A model generated the notes under the pieces. That model saw nothing but the letters and a program-made list of their open reading frames with translations, searched no databases and was not told the DNA's origin. A DNA stretch of 63,202 nucleotides, filler included. It is 7 parts of 7 records of this genome, joined end to end, with 100 filler letters (N's around TTAATTAATTAA, not from the genome) between each part and the next. Parts side by side here need not be neighbours in the genome. Positions count along the whole stretch, not along the records: positions 25,948 to 35,531 come from SRR31147125_13510; positions 35,632 to 40,695 come from SRR31147125_13548; 5 more parts are not named here. One strand, 5' to 3'. Each line of letters opens with the position of its first letter. Within the stretch, counting starts at the first letter, position 1. Both the position numbers and the translations under genes were made by a program. Below, piece after piece: positions 30,365-40,461 of the stretch.

Positions 30365-30526
30365 CTAATTCTCCTTCTCAAATTCATCTTTTGAAACACC
30401 GCAAATTGGACATACAAAGCTGTCATCCAAATCAGCAAAAGGTGTCCCTGGAGCTATCCCTTGATCTGGCAATCCCTCCGCTTCATCATATACCCATCCA
30501 CAAACCTTACATACATACTTATCCAT
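30365..30526 (-). CDS. Rubredoxin (53 aa; absent from the ORF track)
   Basis: [61 protein letters not shown]; directly upstream of fprA. Confidence 0.95.
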   Translation of the reverse strand: MDKYVCKVCGWVYDEAEGLPDQGIAPGTPFADLDDSFVCPICGVSKDEFEKEN

Positions 30527-30701
30527 AATAATCCCTCCATATCCTAATATTAATCCCGAGTTATTTTATAGTGTTCCCCTGTTATTAGTATACCCCAAAC
30601 ATCAAGTAAACACAATGAAAGGCAACAATATATTAAGGGTTGTAACAAACATATAACTACTAGTATACTGTAAAGTGATGAAATGGAAAGGAACAACAAA
30701 A

Positions 30702-30953
30702 ATGACAAAGCAAGAAGCAAGACAAGAATTAATAGATACAGGAATATTTGGAAAAGAATTCGTAACAATATGGGAAGAAACTTACGAAAAAGCCGAAGGT
30801 GAACTTGAATACAGAATAAGACAAGCAACTATAGATACCGTACTAGTGTTAAACGATAACTATCAAATAGAAGAAGGAATAGGTTACGACCTAGCAGATC
30901 ATACCATAATAACACACGCGTTTGTAAATTATACAGGCTATATAATGAAGTAG
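30702..30953 (+). CDS. Small hypothetical protein
   Basis: ORF with GGAAAGGA RBS, ending 10 nt before the next gene. Confidence 0.55.
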   Translation: MTKQEARQELIDTGIFGKEFVTIWEETYEKAEGELEYRIRQATIDTVLVLNDNYQIEEGIGYDLADHTIITHAFVNYTGYIMK

Positions 30954-30963
30954 GAGAAAATTA

Positions 30964-31839
30964 ATGAAAAAGCTAACTCTGCTCCTATGCTTATTAATAA
31001 TCATATTTGGACTAAGTGCATGTTCGTCAATAACAAATGCTGTTGATAACGAATTATCAACACAAGCTGTCCAAACAACCGAAGTATATGGCGACTTAAT
31101 GGTTCATTTTATCGACGTAGGACAAGCTGACTGCATCTTTATAGAACAAAATAATCACTATATGTTAATTGATGCAGGGAACAACGCAGATTCAGAGTTA
31201 GTCACTAATTACCTTGCTAATTGCGGGGTTGAAAAACTAGATATTGTAATAGGGACACACCCCCACGAAGATCATATTGGCGGATTAGATAAAGTAATAG
31301 AAACGTTTCAAATAAAAACACTAATCATGCCCAACATTGTACATACGTCAAAAACTTTTGAAGATGTAATAGATGCAATAGAAACTAAAGATTTAATGGT
31401 AACAAAACCAGAAGTCGGCAAAGAATATTACTTAGGAAAAGCGATAATCACCGTATTATCCCCATTTGATAAAGAATACGATAATCTAAACGAGTATTCA
31501 GTCGTTGTACGATTAGATTATGAAGAAACCTCTTTCTTATTTACAGGCGATGCAGAATCAGCAAACGAAGACGAAATGATTTCAACCAATGAAGAATTAC
31601 TTGACGTAGATGTGTTAAAAGTGCCGCACCATGGAAGCAACTCATCTAATACACAACGATTCTTAGACCAGGTCTCTCCAAGCATCGCAGTAATAATGGT
31701 TGGTACCGACAATAAATATGGGCATCCTCATGAAGAAGTCATAGCTAGGCTCAACAAGATGAATATACCTATATATAGAACAGATGAAAATGGAACAATA
31801 ATCATAACCAGCGATGGTAAAACAATAAAAGTAAAGTAG
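30964..31839 (+). CDS. ComEC/Rec2-like MBL-fold metallo-hydrolase lipoprotein
   Basis: Lipobox LSAC; HFIDVGQAD, THPHEDHIGG, FLFTGDAE, KVPHHGS, YGHPH, RTDENGTI. Confidence 0.9.
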   Translation: MKKLTLLLCLLIIIFGLSACSSITNAVDNELSTQAVQTTEVYGDLMVHFIDVGQADCIFIEQNNHYMLIDAGNNADSELVTNYLANCGVEKLDIVIGTHPHEDHIGGLDKVIETFQIKTLIMPNIVHTSKTFEDVIDAIETKDLMVTKPEVGKEYYLGKAIITVLSPFDKEYDNLNEYSVVVRLDYEETSFLFTGDAESANEDEMISTNEELLDVDVLKVPHHGSNSSNTQRFLDQVSPSIAVIMVGTDNKYGHPHEEVIARLNKMNIPIYRTDENGTIIITSDGKTIKVK

Positions 31840-31848
31840 GATAAAATA

Positions 31849-32064
31849 TTGAAAGTCGTTATTGATAAAATAGAACAAAACATAGCGATATGCCAACGCC
31901 TAGATAACAAAGAAATACTGGAAATAACAGCAGATAAATTACCACAACATGCTAAAGAAAGTGATGTTTTAATAATATGCAATCAAAACGTCATTATTGA
32001 CAAAGAGTATACAGAAAAAAGAAAGCAAGAACTAAAAACACGAATGAAAAACAAATGGAAATAG
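31849..32064 (+). CDS. DUF3006-like protein
   Basis: VIDKIEQNIA...LPQHAKESDVL...ID...TEKRK; this family typically follows ComEC-like MBL genes. Confidence 0.78.
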   Translation: MKVVIDKIEQNIAICQRLDNKEILEITADKLPQHAKESDVLIICNQNVIIDKEYTEKRKQELKTRMKNKWK

Positions 32065-32069
32065 TTTCA

Positions 32070-33848
32070 TCATATCCTATTACGATAGTTTTCAATTCTA
32101 ATCACAACCGTGACAATAGCTGCAAAAAGCATTAAAAATGAAATCCCGCTATAATCCTGTCCAGTCATAGGAAGCACAGAAGGGCTCACTGTGTAATATA
32201 ACCTAGTAACCTGAGTATCACCTTCGTATTCAACAGAATATTCAACCCAGCCCCCACCAGCACCAAATAGACTAAGAATAAGCTCATCCCCATCAATACT
32301 ATATGATGCAGTTTGATCATAAACGCTCCACTTACCTCCTTGAATATTTGTTTTCAACCTATATTCAGCTCCAGCAAAAACAATCATATTCTCAGGAATC
32401 CCAAATATTTCAAGAACAGGCGGCTCAATATTAATCACTACCTCAAACTTTGCAACCGTACCGTTTTGTGCAGTTACATTTATCTTAACAGGACTAGAAA
32501 AATCAATAGCTTGTCTCTCTTCAATAGAAATGCTTTGTCCCTCAAAATCAATTATCGGAATAAGAGAAGTAACATCTTTGCCAAACGGAACAACCGCTGA
32601 AAAAATATTCTCCTCTCTAGTAAAAACTATATCCGGCATAGAATCAATTGCAATAGAACGTATTTCACAAGCAGCACTAATATCACTCACATTAACCACA
32701 ATCGAAACAAACACATTCCCTCTATCCTGCCTCAAAATCACGTTTGACCGTCCAGTATCCATAGCCTTTATGCTAGCAGTGCCAGCACCATCTTCTTCAC
32801 CTTCACCAAATTCACCAACAGAAACAATATTGCTATCACTAGACTCAATCACCATTTTTATCTCTTCAGGATAAAACGCAATAACCTCAGCCGTTTCAGA
32901 AATATCCAATCCACTTGAATAAACAGAGTTATTAATATGCAATCGTACTATACTATTTAAATATGCAGAATTAAGTGCAATATCATCACCAATATTATAT
33001 TCTGTTCCACACTTATTCTGATTAATTTCCGAGCCTTCTAATTCAAGGACACCTGCCAAAATACTAATAGCCGCCCCTGCATAATCAGCATTATTTATTT
33101 TGAAACAACAATTAGTAGCCAAAACACACGGAGCATTAGCAGCAATAGCACCCCCATGCCCATCCATATTGATTACAGAATTTTCTGTAAAAGTACAACC
33201 ATTCATATTAATAGCGCATGATTCATCTATTCCGTAAACAGCGCCACCACAAAACTTTGCTTCATTTTGTTTGAAAACTGTACTGCTTATATCAAAACAA
33301 GCCTTAGTATTATTTGTTGATAAAAAACACACAGCTCCTCCATACACATCAGCAGAATTACCTGAAAAACTACAATTTTTAATGTGCAAATTTGAATCAT
33401 AAGTATAAACTGCTCCACCCGAATTAGAAGAAGAATTATTTAAAAAAGAGCAATCCTCCAGACTAATGCTAGAATCTACTGCAGCAATACACATACCACT
33501 ATCAGAACCATTATTAGAAACAAACCCATCAAATGAGATTCCTTTAAAAGAAACAGTAGCATTTTTTATTATAAAAGCCCGACCATTATAACCGCTTTGA
33601 GGAAAAATTTGAATATTAGTTTCACAAACAATAGAAATGTCCTTTTCAATAATTATTTCGCTATCAGCAACAAGATTTTTATCAATTACAATAATATCAT
33701 TAGGGGAAGCAATATCCATGGCAAGAACAAGATCATTCCATGACGAAACAGTAGTTTGAGCTTTTGATGTCGACATAAAAAAACAAACCCAAAATATAAA
33801 GGTAATAATAAAAATTATTATAAGCTTTTTATTGCGCAAAAACTTCAT
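32070..33848 (-). CDS. Cell-wall-anchored beta-helix surface protein with Pmp-like repeats and LPxTG sorting signal
   Basis: Signal peptide; repeated FxxN...GGAV/GGAI; C-terminal LPMTG + hydrophobic helix + basic tail. Confidence 0.75.
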   Translation of the reverse strand: MKFLRNKKLIIIFIITFIFWVCFFMSTSKAQTTVSSWNDLVLAMDIASPNDIIVIDKNLVADSEIIIEKDISIVCETNIQIFPQSGYNGRAFIIKNATVSFKGISFDGFVSNNGSDSGMCIAAVDSSISLEDCSFLNNSSSNSGGAVYTYDSNLHIKNCSFSGNSADVYGGAVCFLSTNNTKACFDISSTVFKQNEAKFCGGAVYGIDESCAINMNGCTFTENSVINMDGHGGAIAANAPCVLATNCCFKINNADYAGAAISILAGVLELEGSEINQNKCGTEYNIGDDIALNSAYLNSIVRLHINNSVYSSGLDISETAEVIAFYPEEIKMVIESSDSNIVSVGEFGEGEEDGAGTASIKAMDTGRSNVILRQDRGNVFVSIVVNVSDISAACEIRSIAIDSMPDIVFTREENIFSAVVPFGKDVTSLIPIIDFEGQSISIEERQAIDFSSPVKINVTAQNGTVAKFEVVINIEPPVLEIFGIPENMIVFAGAEYRLKTNIQGGKWSVYDQTASYSIDGDELILSLFGAGGGWVEYSVEYEGDTQVTRLYYTVSPSVLPMTGQDYSGISFLMLFAAIVTVVIRIENYRNRI

Positions 33849-34009
33849 AAAACTTCACCTTTCGTCAACTATTTACTTATTTTACCAAAATAAATTTACT
33901 AAGCGCAATAAAAAATGAACAATAATGAATATAATTGCAAATAAAACAGTTTTATTAATCTAAATTATTATGGTAGAATGTTTTAACATGAACAAAGGAG
34001 GACACATAT

Positions 34010-34180
34010 ATGTCTGATTTAAATATTGAGTTTTTATTGTGCTGTGGAATTGCATCGCTTACCTGTCCTGAATGCAACAAAGAAATAAAAGCAACAACTG
34101 ACGAAATATTTTCTGAAGAAACCCCATTTGCCTGCCCACATTGTTCAGCAAAAATCACCGTAGATGAAGATGACATGTAG
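34010..34180 (+). CDS. Small zinc-ribbon protein (56 aa; absent from the ORF track)
   Basis: MSDLNIEFLLCCGIASLTCPECNKEIKATTDEIFSEETPFACPHCSAKITVDEDDM; AAAGGAGG RBS; TGGTAGAAT extended -10 at 33971-33979. Confidence 0.8.
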   Translation: MSDLNIEFLLCCGIASLTCPECNKEIKATTDEIFSEETPFACPHCSAKITVDEDDM

Positions 34181-34237
34181 TTTCTTACTTTGCATAAAAA
34201 ACCTACATATGTAGAAACTAATTGTGGAGGTGACTTG

Positions 34238-34360
34238 ATGCAAAAAAAAGAAATCACAGCACAGCAGAAAAAGAAGTCTAAGACTGCTGTTAAAAGTATC
34301 TTTACCCAAAGTACAGGCAAAAAATATTTAGAGCCTGAACAAGACGTAGATGATCTGTAA
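34238..34360 (+). CDS. Small 40-aa protein (absent from the ORF track)
   Basis: MQKKEITAQQKKKSKTAVKSIFTQSTGKKYLEPEQDVDDL; GGAGGTG RBS; followed immediately by a terminator. Confidence 0.65.
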   Translation: MQKKEITAQQKKKSKTAVKSIFTQSTGKKYLEPEQDVDDL

Positions 34361-34365
34361 AACTT

Positions 34366-34400
34366 AAAACAGCTATCCAAATTATGGATAGCTGTTTTTT
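34366..34400. terminator. Bidirectional terminator
   Basis: AAAACAGCTATCCA-loop-TGGATAGCTGTTTTTT. Confidence 0.82.
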
Positions 34401-34419
34401 ATTCTAAATAATAGTTTGT

Positions 34420-35531
34420 TTAAACATATCTTGAAATAACCTGACCAAGTATCTTAATACCCTTATCAATGGTATTGCAATCTGAGGCAGAAAAATTGAG
34501 TCTCAATGTATTATCATGACCACCTGCGCTGTAGAAATGAGTACCTGGAATAAACGCAACATTTTCAGTAACAGCCTCTTTAAGTACCTCTAATGCATCT
34601 AATCCATCTGGTAATTCACACCAAATAAACAACCCACCCTCTGGTCTTGTAAACTTTGTTGAAGAGGGAAAATGCCTTTCAATAGCTGCTATCATAGTAC
34701 TTAATTGCTTTGAATAAAGCTTGATTGCTTTTGGCAAATTCTCTTCCAACAATCCTCGTTTAATATATGTATCAACAATAGCTTGAACTAAGTTAGGCGA
34801 ATGCGTATCAGCACACTGCTTTGCAATAGTCATCTTCTCCAAAATAGGCTGAGCAGCTACAGCCGCCCCAACTCGTAATCCAGGAGCAATTATCTTAGAA
34901 CAGCTTATAAGATGAATAACCATACCACTCGTATCAAAAGACTTAATCGTAGGCAACGGATCACCAGAATGCCTTAAATCGCCGTACGGATCATCTTCAA
35001 GTATAATAACATTATACTTTTCAGCAAGCTCAACAAGCTTCTTACGACGCTCTAACGACAATGTTAATCCAGTAGGATTTTGAAAAGTCGGAATAATATA
35101 AAACATCTTTGGCTTATACTTCTTCATCTTTTCTTCTACATCAACTAAAATAACGCCTTCATCGTCCATCTCTACGTCAACAAGATTAGCCTCATAAGAA
35201 TTAAATATCTGCAAAGCCCCCAAGAATGTAGGTGATTCAACCAAAACAGTATCACCTTTGTTTATCAAAGACTTACATGCAACATCAATCCCCTGAGTAG
35301 CTCCAGATGTCATAATAACTTCGCTAAGCTGACAATCTATCCCACGCTTTTTAATTAAATCATGAGCCGTCTCACGGAAAGGCGCATATCCTTCAGTGAT
35401 ACCATATTGAAGCATAGCGTTGCCATTGTCTAGTAAAAGCTCACTAGATATCTGAGCTAATTGCTTAGTTGCAAACGTTGTAGGATTAGGTGCACCACCA
35501 GCAAAACTTATTATGTCAGGATTAGCCAAAA
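34420..35531 (-). CDS. PLP-dependent aminotransferase class I/II (LysN/ARO8-like; 5' truncated)
   Basis: IISFAGGAP, IPTFQNPTG, EDDPYG, SCSKIIAPGLRVG, PEGGLFIW, LRLNFS. Confidence 0.9.
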
Positions 35532-35631
35532 NNNNNNNNNNNNNNNNNNNNNNNNNNNNNNNNNNNNNNNNNNNNTTAATTAATTAANNNNNNNNNNNNN
35601 NNNNNNNNNNNNNNNNNNNNNNNNNNNNNNN
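35532..35631. other. Artificial contig-joining spacer
   Basis: 44 N + TTAATTAATTAA + 44 N. Confidence 0.99.
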
Positions 35632-36378
35632 GGAAAATCGGAATTGCCCATTTTTCGCAAATCCTTTCCACTGATCCAGCAAATCCAATGTCAGACTTCT
35701 GGCATTGCCTTCACATGCAAGCAAGACATCCTTTTTTGCCACAGCAAACGCGAAACCGGGAACACCTTCGACATTTTTATTTGCCGTGCAGGCGAGCCAG
35801 TCTATCTTTAATGCATCAAGATCCATTTGAAAAGCGCCAAAACTACTCATCGCATCCACAAAATAGATTTTGTTATATTTTTTAACAATGTCGCCAATTT
35901 CTTTTATGGGATTGACCATTCCGGTGGTTGTTTCATTGTGTACAACAGCAACATGGGTGATCTCTTTATCCTCAGAAAGGACGTGCTCAATTTCTTCAAG
36001 ATCAGGTAGACTATTCTCAGCGTACTTTAACGCCGTTTTTTTAATTTTCAAGATATCGATAATTTTAGAAATACGAGCACCATAAGCGCCATTTTCAATA
36101 ACCAGCCATTTTCCATCCTGAGGCGTCCCGGTAGAAATAACAGCTTCCACAGCATAAGTGCCGCTTCCCTGTAACAAGATAGCTTCATAACCTTTACCAT
36201 CAACCTGACCGATCTCTAATATCTTTTTCCGCACATCTTTAATGGCCTGGATAAACTCAAAATCACGATGACCCACATCTCTCAACATGGCCTGCTTCAC
36301 AGCCATACTCGTTGTTAACGGACCCGGGGTGAAAAGAACTTGCTGTTTCCAATTACTAATCTGATTCTGGTTACTCAT
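35632..36378 (-). CDS. phnW: 2-aminoethylphosphonate-pyruvate transaminase-like (3' truncated)
   Basis: LFTPGPLTTS, QGSGTYAVEA, NGAYGAR, VHNETTTG, VDAMSSFG, ANKNVEGVPGF, GQFRF. Confidence 0.85.
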
Positions 36379-36435
36379 TTAATCTACCTCTCCATGTTGA
36401 TATAAATAATCTCTCTGGGTTACAACCTGTTTATG

Positions 36436-37930
36436 TCAAAAAATGATGGTGTTTAATTCATCCGAATCAAACCACCGTTTTAATATCACTTTTTTCTTTG
36501 TAAAAAAATCGATTCCTTCATTGCTTTGGACATGCAAATCGCCAAAAAAGGAATCTTTCCAACCTGAAAACGGAAAAAGACTCATGGGAGCAGGCACACC
36601 CACATTGATTCCAACCATGCCACATTCAGCCCGATTTTGTACTTCCCGAGCTGCCTTGCCATTATTGGTATAAATGACAGCCGCATTCCCATACGGACTT
36701 TTATTCAATTGATCAATAGCTTCATCAAACCCGGACACCCTCATGATCGATAAAACAGGTCCGAAAATTTCTTCCTTTGCTATAGTCATTTCAGGAGTAA
36801 CATTATCGAAAATTGTGGGACCAACAAAAAAACCATCAGGAGCATCCCTGACTATAGGATTTCTTCCATCAAGTATACAATCAGCACCCTCATCCAATCC
36901 GGATTGAATATAATCCTCAATACGCTTTTTATGTTCCGGGCTAATAACAGGGCCCAAATCCGGCATGACATCCCCGTCTGTACGCCCCAATATCATTTTT
37001 TCTGCAGCTAATTTAAGAGCCGGCAGGATTCTATTAATCGCCTGATCTGTTCCAATGACCATACTGGTGGCCATGCATCTTTCACCGGCAGAGCCAAAAA
37101 CAGAGGAAATAAGGCCATTTACTGTATTATCAATCGGAGCATCCGACATGATCACAGCGTAATTTTTCGCTCCACCAGCAGACTGGACACGCTTTCCTGC
37201 ACTCGTTCCGGTTTGATAAATATATTTTGCAACAGGTGTTGAACCTACAAAAGAAACAGCTTGCACATCAGGATGGACTAATAACGCATCTACAACATCT
37301 TTGCCCCCGTGTACGAGATTCAAAACACCAGCGGGTACACCCGCCTCGAGAGCCAATTCGACTAACCTGCTTGTAGTCAAAGGAGTCTGTGGTGATGGCT
37401 TTATTATGAATGTATTACCACAGGTAATAGACAGTGGAAACATCCATAAAGGGATCATTGCTGGAAAATTAAAAGGTGTTATACCGACACAAACGCCCAA
37501 CGGGAATCGATGTGTCTCATAGTCAACGCCTCCCCACATTTCTGAGAGTTTCCCCTTTAAAAACAGCCGGTAGACTACAAGCTAAATCGACAACTTCAAT
37601 GCCCCGTCTCAGGGATCCTTTAGCTTCATTAACAATTTTGCCATGTTCAAGACTTAAAAGCCGGGCAATTGCCTCAAAATTCGATTCAAGCAATTCTTTA
37701 TATCGAAACATAATCTGTGCTCGTTTGACCACAGGTGTATGCGCCCATTGCTCAAAGGCCTTTTTGGCAGAAGAAACAGCATCGTCCACAACCTGTTCAT
37801 TACCCGCAGGCACTTTAGCGAGCAATTCACCAGTAGATGGATTCAAATGGTTTAAGCTGGTATCAGTATCACAATTCACCCAGTCACCGTTTATTAAATG
37901 CTGACAGTTAATCGTTTTGGAAGAATTCAA
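36436..37930 (-). CDS. mmsA: CoA-acylating (methyl)malonate-semialdehyde dehydrogenase (frameshift at ~37530)
   Basis: Two adjacent ORFs join at a G-run; ITPFNFPAMIPLWM, SFVGST, GGAKNY, GSAGERCMA, EEIFGPV, GINVGVPAP..FPFSGWKDSFFGDLH are MmsA/IolA signatures. Confidence 0.87.
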
Positions 37931-38085
37931 TTTAAACCTCGGAAATTAATTTAAAGTAAGAATAGGATTAAATCATCAAAAAGAAGAATTGTATTTAAAT
38001 CCCATATACATAAATCAGGCAAAAAAAATGGTATATAGGGAAGTGCTTTTAAGAGCAATTGCAAGTTAAAATAAAAGAGTGGTCC

Positions 38086-38168
38086 AGGTGCCAACTCATT
38101 GGCACCTATATTAAAACATTCAAATGTTCATACATTTGAACATTAAAAAAAAATAAATTGAATGTCAA
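38086..38168 (-). promoter_or_regulatory. Promoter/operator region of the mmsA-phnW operon
   Basis: Minus-strand TTGACA (38168-38163)-N17-TAATGT; overlapping inverted repeats AATGTTCA-N6-TGAACATT and TCAAATGT-N4-ACATTTGA; leader hairpin AGGTGCCAA-CTCA-TTGGCACCT. Confidence 0.5.
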
Positions 38169-38482
38169 TAACTATTAATATGAATGCAAAAATAATCCGA
38201 CATTTGCTGAATACAATTTTTGTCTCACAACTATTTCACCTTGCACAGAAATTATAAAAGCATCCGGGCATATTAGCTGCATTGTAAATGTAAAAAATGA
38301 TAACAATTAACAATTTCAAAACAGTTTTTATCGTTAGATATCCACCAGTAACACAAGCAAAGCTCAACTGTGTTCTCATGATTTACGAAGAACAAACCAC
38401 CTTTAAAAAAGTAAAGATATTTTTCAGGTTATGTTACGAGAAATCAATCCATCTCTTTCCCGTTAAAAAAAACGTTCTTTTT

Positions 38483-39586
38483 TTATTTCTGATTATTGCT
38501 TAATGGTAAAACAGATCTTTTTTCGGATAAATACGATTCAAGAATGATTTGTTGATAGTTATCAGTATGATTAATAATACGATCCATTAAAAGAGCCATA
38601 CACTTTTGCCCCATTTCGTAAATAGGCTGATGAACCGTAGTCAACTCAAAAAAAGGAGTATATGAGTAGGGTAAATCATCATACCCAACCAGAGAAATAT
38701 CGTCCGGTATTTTTATCTTCATTTTTTTGGCTTCAGAATAAAGAGCACCTGCCATTCTGTCATCTCCAGAAAATACGGCTGTAATTTTTCGGGCATGACT
38801 CAGAATAAGTCTTGCGTATTCATAATAGGTTTTTTCAGTAAATCGTTCATTATTCGTAAAAATAAAGGTCGGATCAACAGGAATATTGGCATCTTTTAAT
38901 GCCTGTTTATAGCCAGCCAGTCGCTCTCTTGATGTATTAAAGAGTGTTGTTGTCGAAATAGCAATTTTTCGATGCCCTTTGGATATCAGATAATTCGTAA
39001 TATTGTATGCACCCTGAAAATTATCGGTAATCACGTTATCAATTTCCAGATCCTGTATCTGTCGATCTGCGACAACGACTTTGATATCTTTTCTTAAAAA
39101 TTTTTGTACCAGCATGCGATTTTTATCGTCAGAGGCAGCTGTGGGTACGATGATGACGCCACTCACATTATGCTCTAAAAGTCGGTCAGCATGCATATTC
39201 GCATTTACGTAAGAATCATCTGTATTACATAGAATAATACTATAATTATTTTTAACGGATTCATCCCCGGCACCTCTTATTAATTCCATGGCATAGCCAC
39301 TTTTGTAAAAATTAACAAGAATACCGATAATATTCTGTCGTGTTGGTTCGTTTATTTTCCTACTTACAAAAGTTCCCAGCTTTCGCTTTCGAACCACATA
39401 TCCTTTGTTAACCAAATTTTGAATGGCATGACGAATAGTGGGTCGGGATAGACCCGTCATATTAACAAGTTCTTCTTCGGTGGGTATTTTATCATCTTGC
39501 GTATACACACCCTGATCGATTTGCTCTTCCAACCAACTTTCCAGCTGAAAGTATTGTGGTACAGGGCTGTTTTTATCTATAATCAT
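38483..39586 (-). CDS. AraR-type regulator (GntR HTH + LacI-type sugar-binding domain)
   Basis: PQYFQL...IPTEEEL...SRPTIRHAI...GTFV; DNFQGAY, RERLAGY, IPDDISLVGYDD, LTTVHQP. Confidence 0.9.
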   Translation of the reverse strand: MIIDKNSPVPQYFQLESWLEEQIDQGVYTQDDKIPTEEELVNMTGLSRPTIRHAIQNLVNKGYVVRKRKLGTFVSRKINEPTRQNIIGILVNFYKSGYAMELIRGAGDESVKNNYSIILCNTDDSYVNANMHADRLLEHNVSGVIIVPTAASDDKNRMLVQKFLRKDIKVVVADRQIQDLEIDNVITDNFQGAYNITNYLISKGHRKIAISTTTLFNTSRERLAGYKQALKDANIPVDPTFIFTNNERFTEKTYYEYARLILSHARKITAVFSGDDRMAGALYSEAKKMKIKIPDDISLVGYDDLPYSYTPFFELTTVHQPIYEMGQKCMALLMDRIINHTDNYQQIILESYLSEKRSVLPLSNNQK

Positions 39587-39604
39587 ATTTTCTCATTTTT
39601 GTTA

Positions 39605-39646
39605 TATTGTACTTACAATAATACAAATAGACCCGTTAAAAGTCAA
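39605..39646 (-). promoter_or_regulatory. Promoter with AraR-like operator
   Basis: Minus-strand TTGACT-N17-TATTAT; near-palindrome TATTGTACTTACAATA (39605-39620) overlaps the -10/+1 region. Confidence 0.65.
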
Positions 39647-39673
39647 GCATTTTTATGTTTTTTTTATTTGCCG

Positions 39674-40390
39674 TCAAACTCTATCTACCAATTCATTAAG
39701 ATTTTCTATACTTACATTGACATGTGGAGGGTCTCCAAGCTCGCAAACAACCAGATCTCCTTCAGATGTATTTTCTTTCTCTGTGTAACCATTTGTAGTA
39801 ACAATACATTTTATACCTGCCGCTTTGACAGCCAACAATCCATTACGGCTGTCTTCAACAACAACACATTCTTCTGGCTTTAGATCAAGTTTTTGCAAAG
39901 CCAGATTGTATATTTCCGGATCAGGTTTCTTTTTCGAAACAACATCTCCAGCAAAAATAGAAAAATGATGACTGCGTTCCGGCCCAAGCAATTTCTCCAC
40001 GATCAAGGTGACAGCTCTTTCGTTTGACGTTGAACAAACAGCCAAAGTCAATCCGGCCTGAATCGCCTCGTCAACAAGCCGGGCAACACCGGGCCTGAGC
40101 GATAAATCACCTGATTCAATAATGTGCATAAACAGATCGGTTTTTAGTTTATGCATTTCTTTAATAAAAGCTTCTTTATCGTCAACATCTGTTGGCCAGC
40201 CAATCTTATTAAAATAGTGCTTCATGCGTTCTTTACCACCCGCTATTTGAAGCAAGTCATGGTATTTTTCCACGCTCCATTCATAATCGTATCCTTTAGC
40301 AGCAAATGCATGATTAAAGGCAACGCGATGGCCATCCCGTTCCGTGTCCACAAGCACACCATCACAGTCAAAGATCAATGCTTTTAACAT
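39674..40390 (-). CDS. HAD-IA phosphatase, CbbY-like
   Basis: LIFDCDGVLVDTERDGHRVAFN, GGKERM, KKPDPEIY, VEDSRNG; AAAGGAG RBS supports the start at 40390. Confidence 0.9.
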   Translation of the reverse strand: MLKALIFDCDGVLVDTERDGHRVAFNHAFAAKGYDYEWSVEKYHDLLQIAGGKERMKHYFNKIGWPTDVDDKEAFIKEMHKLKTDLFMHIIESGDLSLRPGVARLVDEAIQAGLTLAVCSTSNERAVTLIVEKLLGPERSHHFSIFAGDVVSKKKPDPEIYNLALQKLDLKPEECVVVEDSRNGLLAVKAAGIKCIVTTNGYTEKENTSEGDLVVCELGDPPHVNVSIENLNELVDRV

Positions 40391-40461
40391 TTCTGACTCC
40401 TTTCCCTTTGCGATATATAAATTCAACTGATTTTTTTAATCTTGTCAATTTTCCTGCTTTT

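Noticed and set aside
33955-34380. 141-aa minus-strand ORF in the track
   Set aside because: Antisense shadow of two plus-strand small genes that have strong RBSs, promoters and a terminator.
39674-40390. CbbY as evidence for a Calvin cycle
   Set aside because: No RuBisCO or phosphoribulokinase is nearby; CbbY-like HAD phosphatases occur widely in sugar operons.
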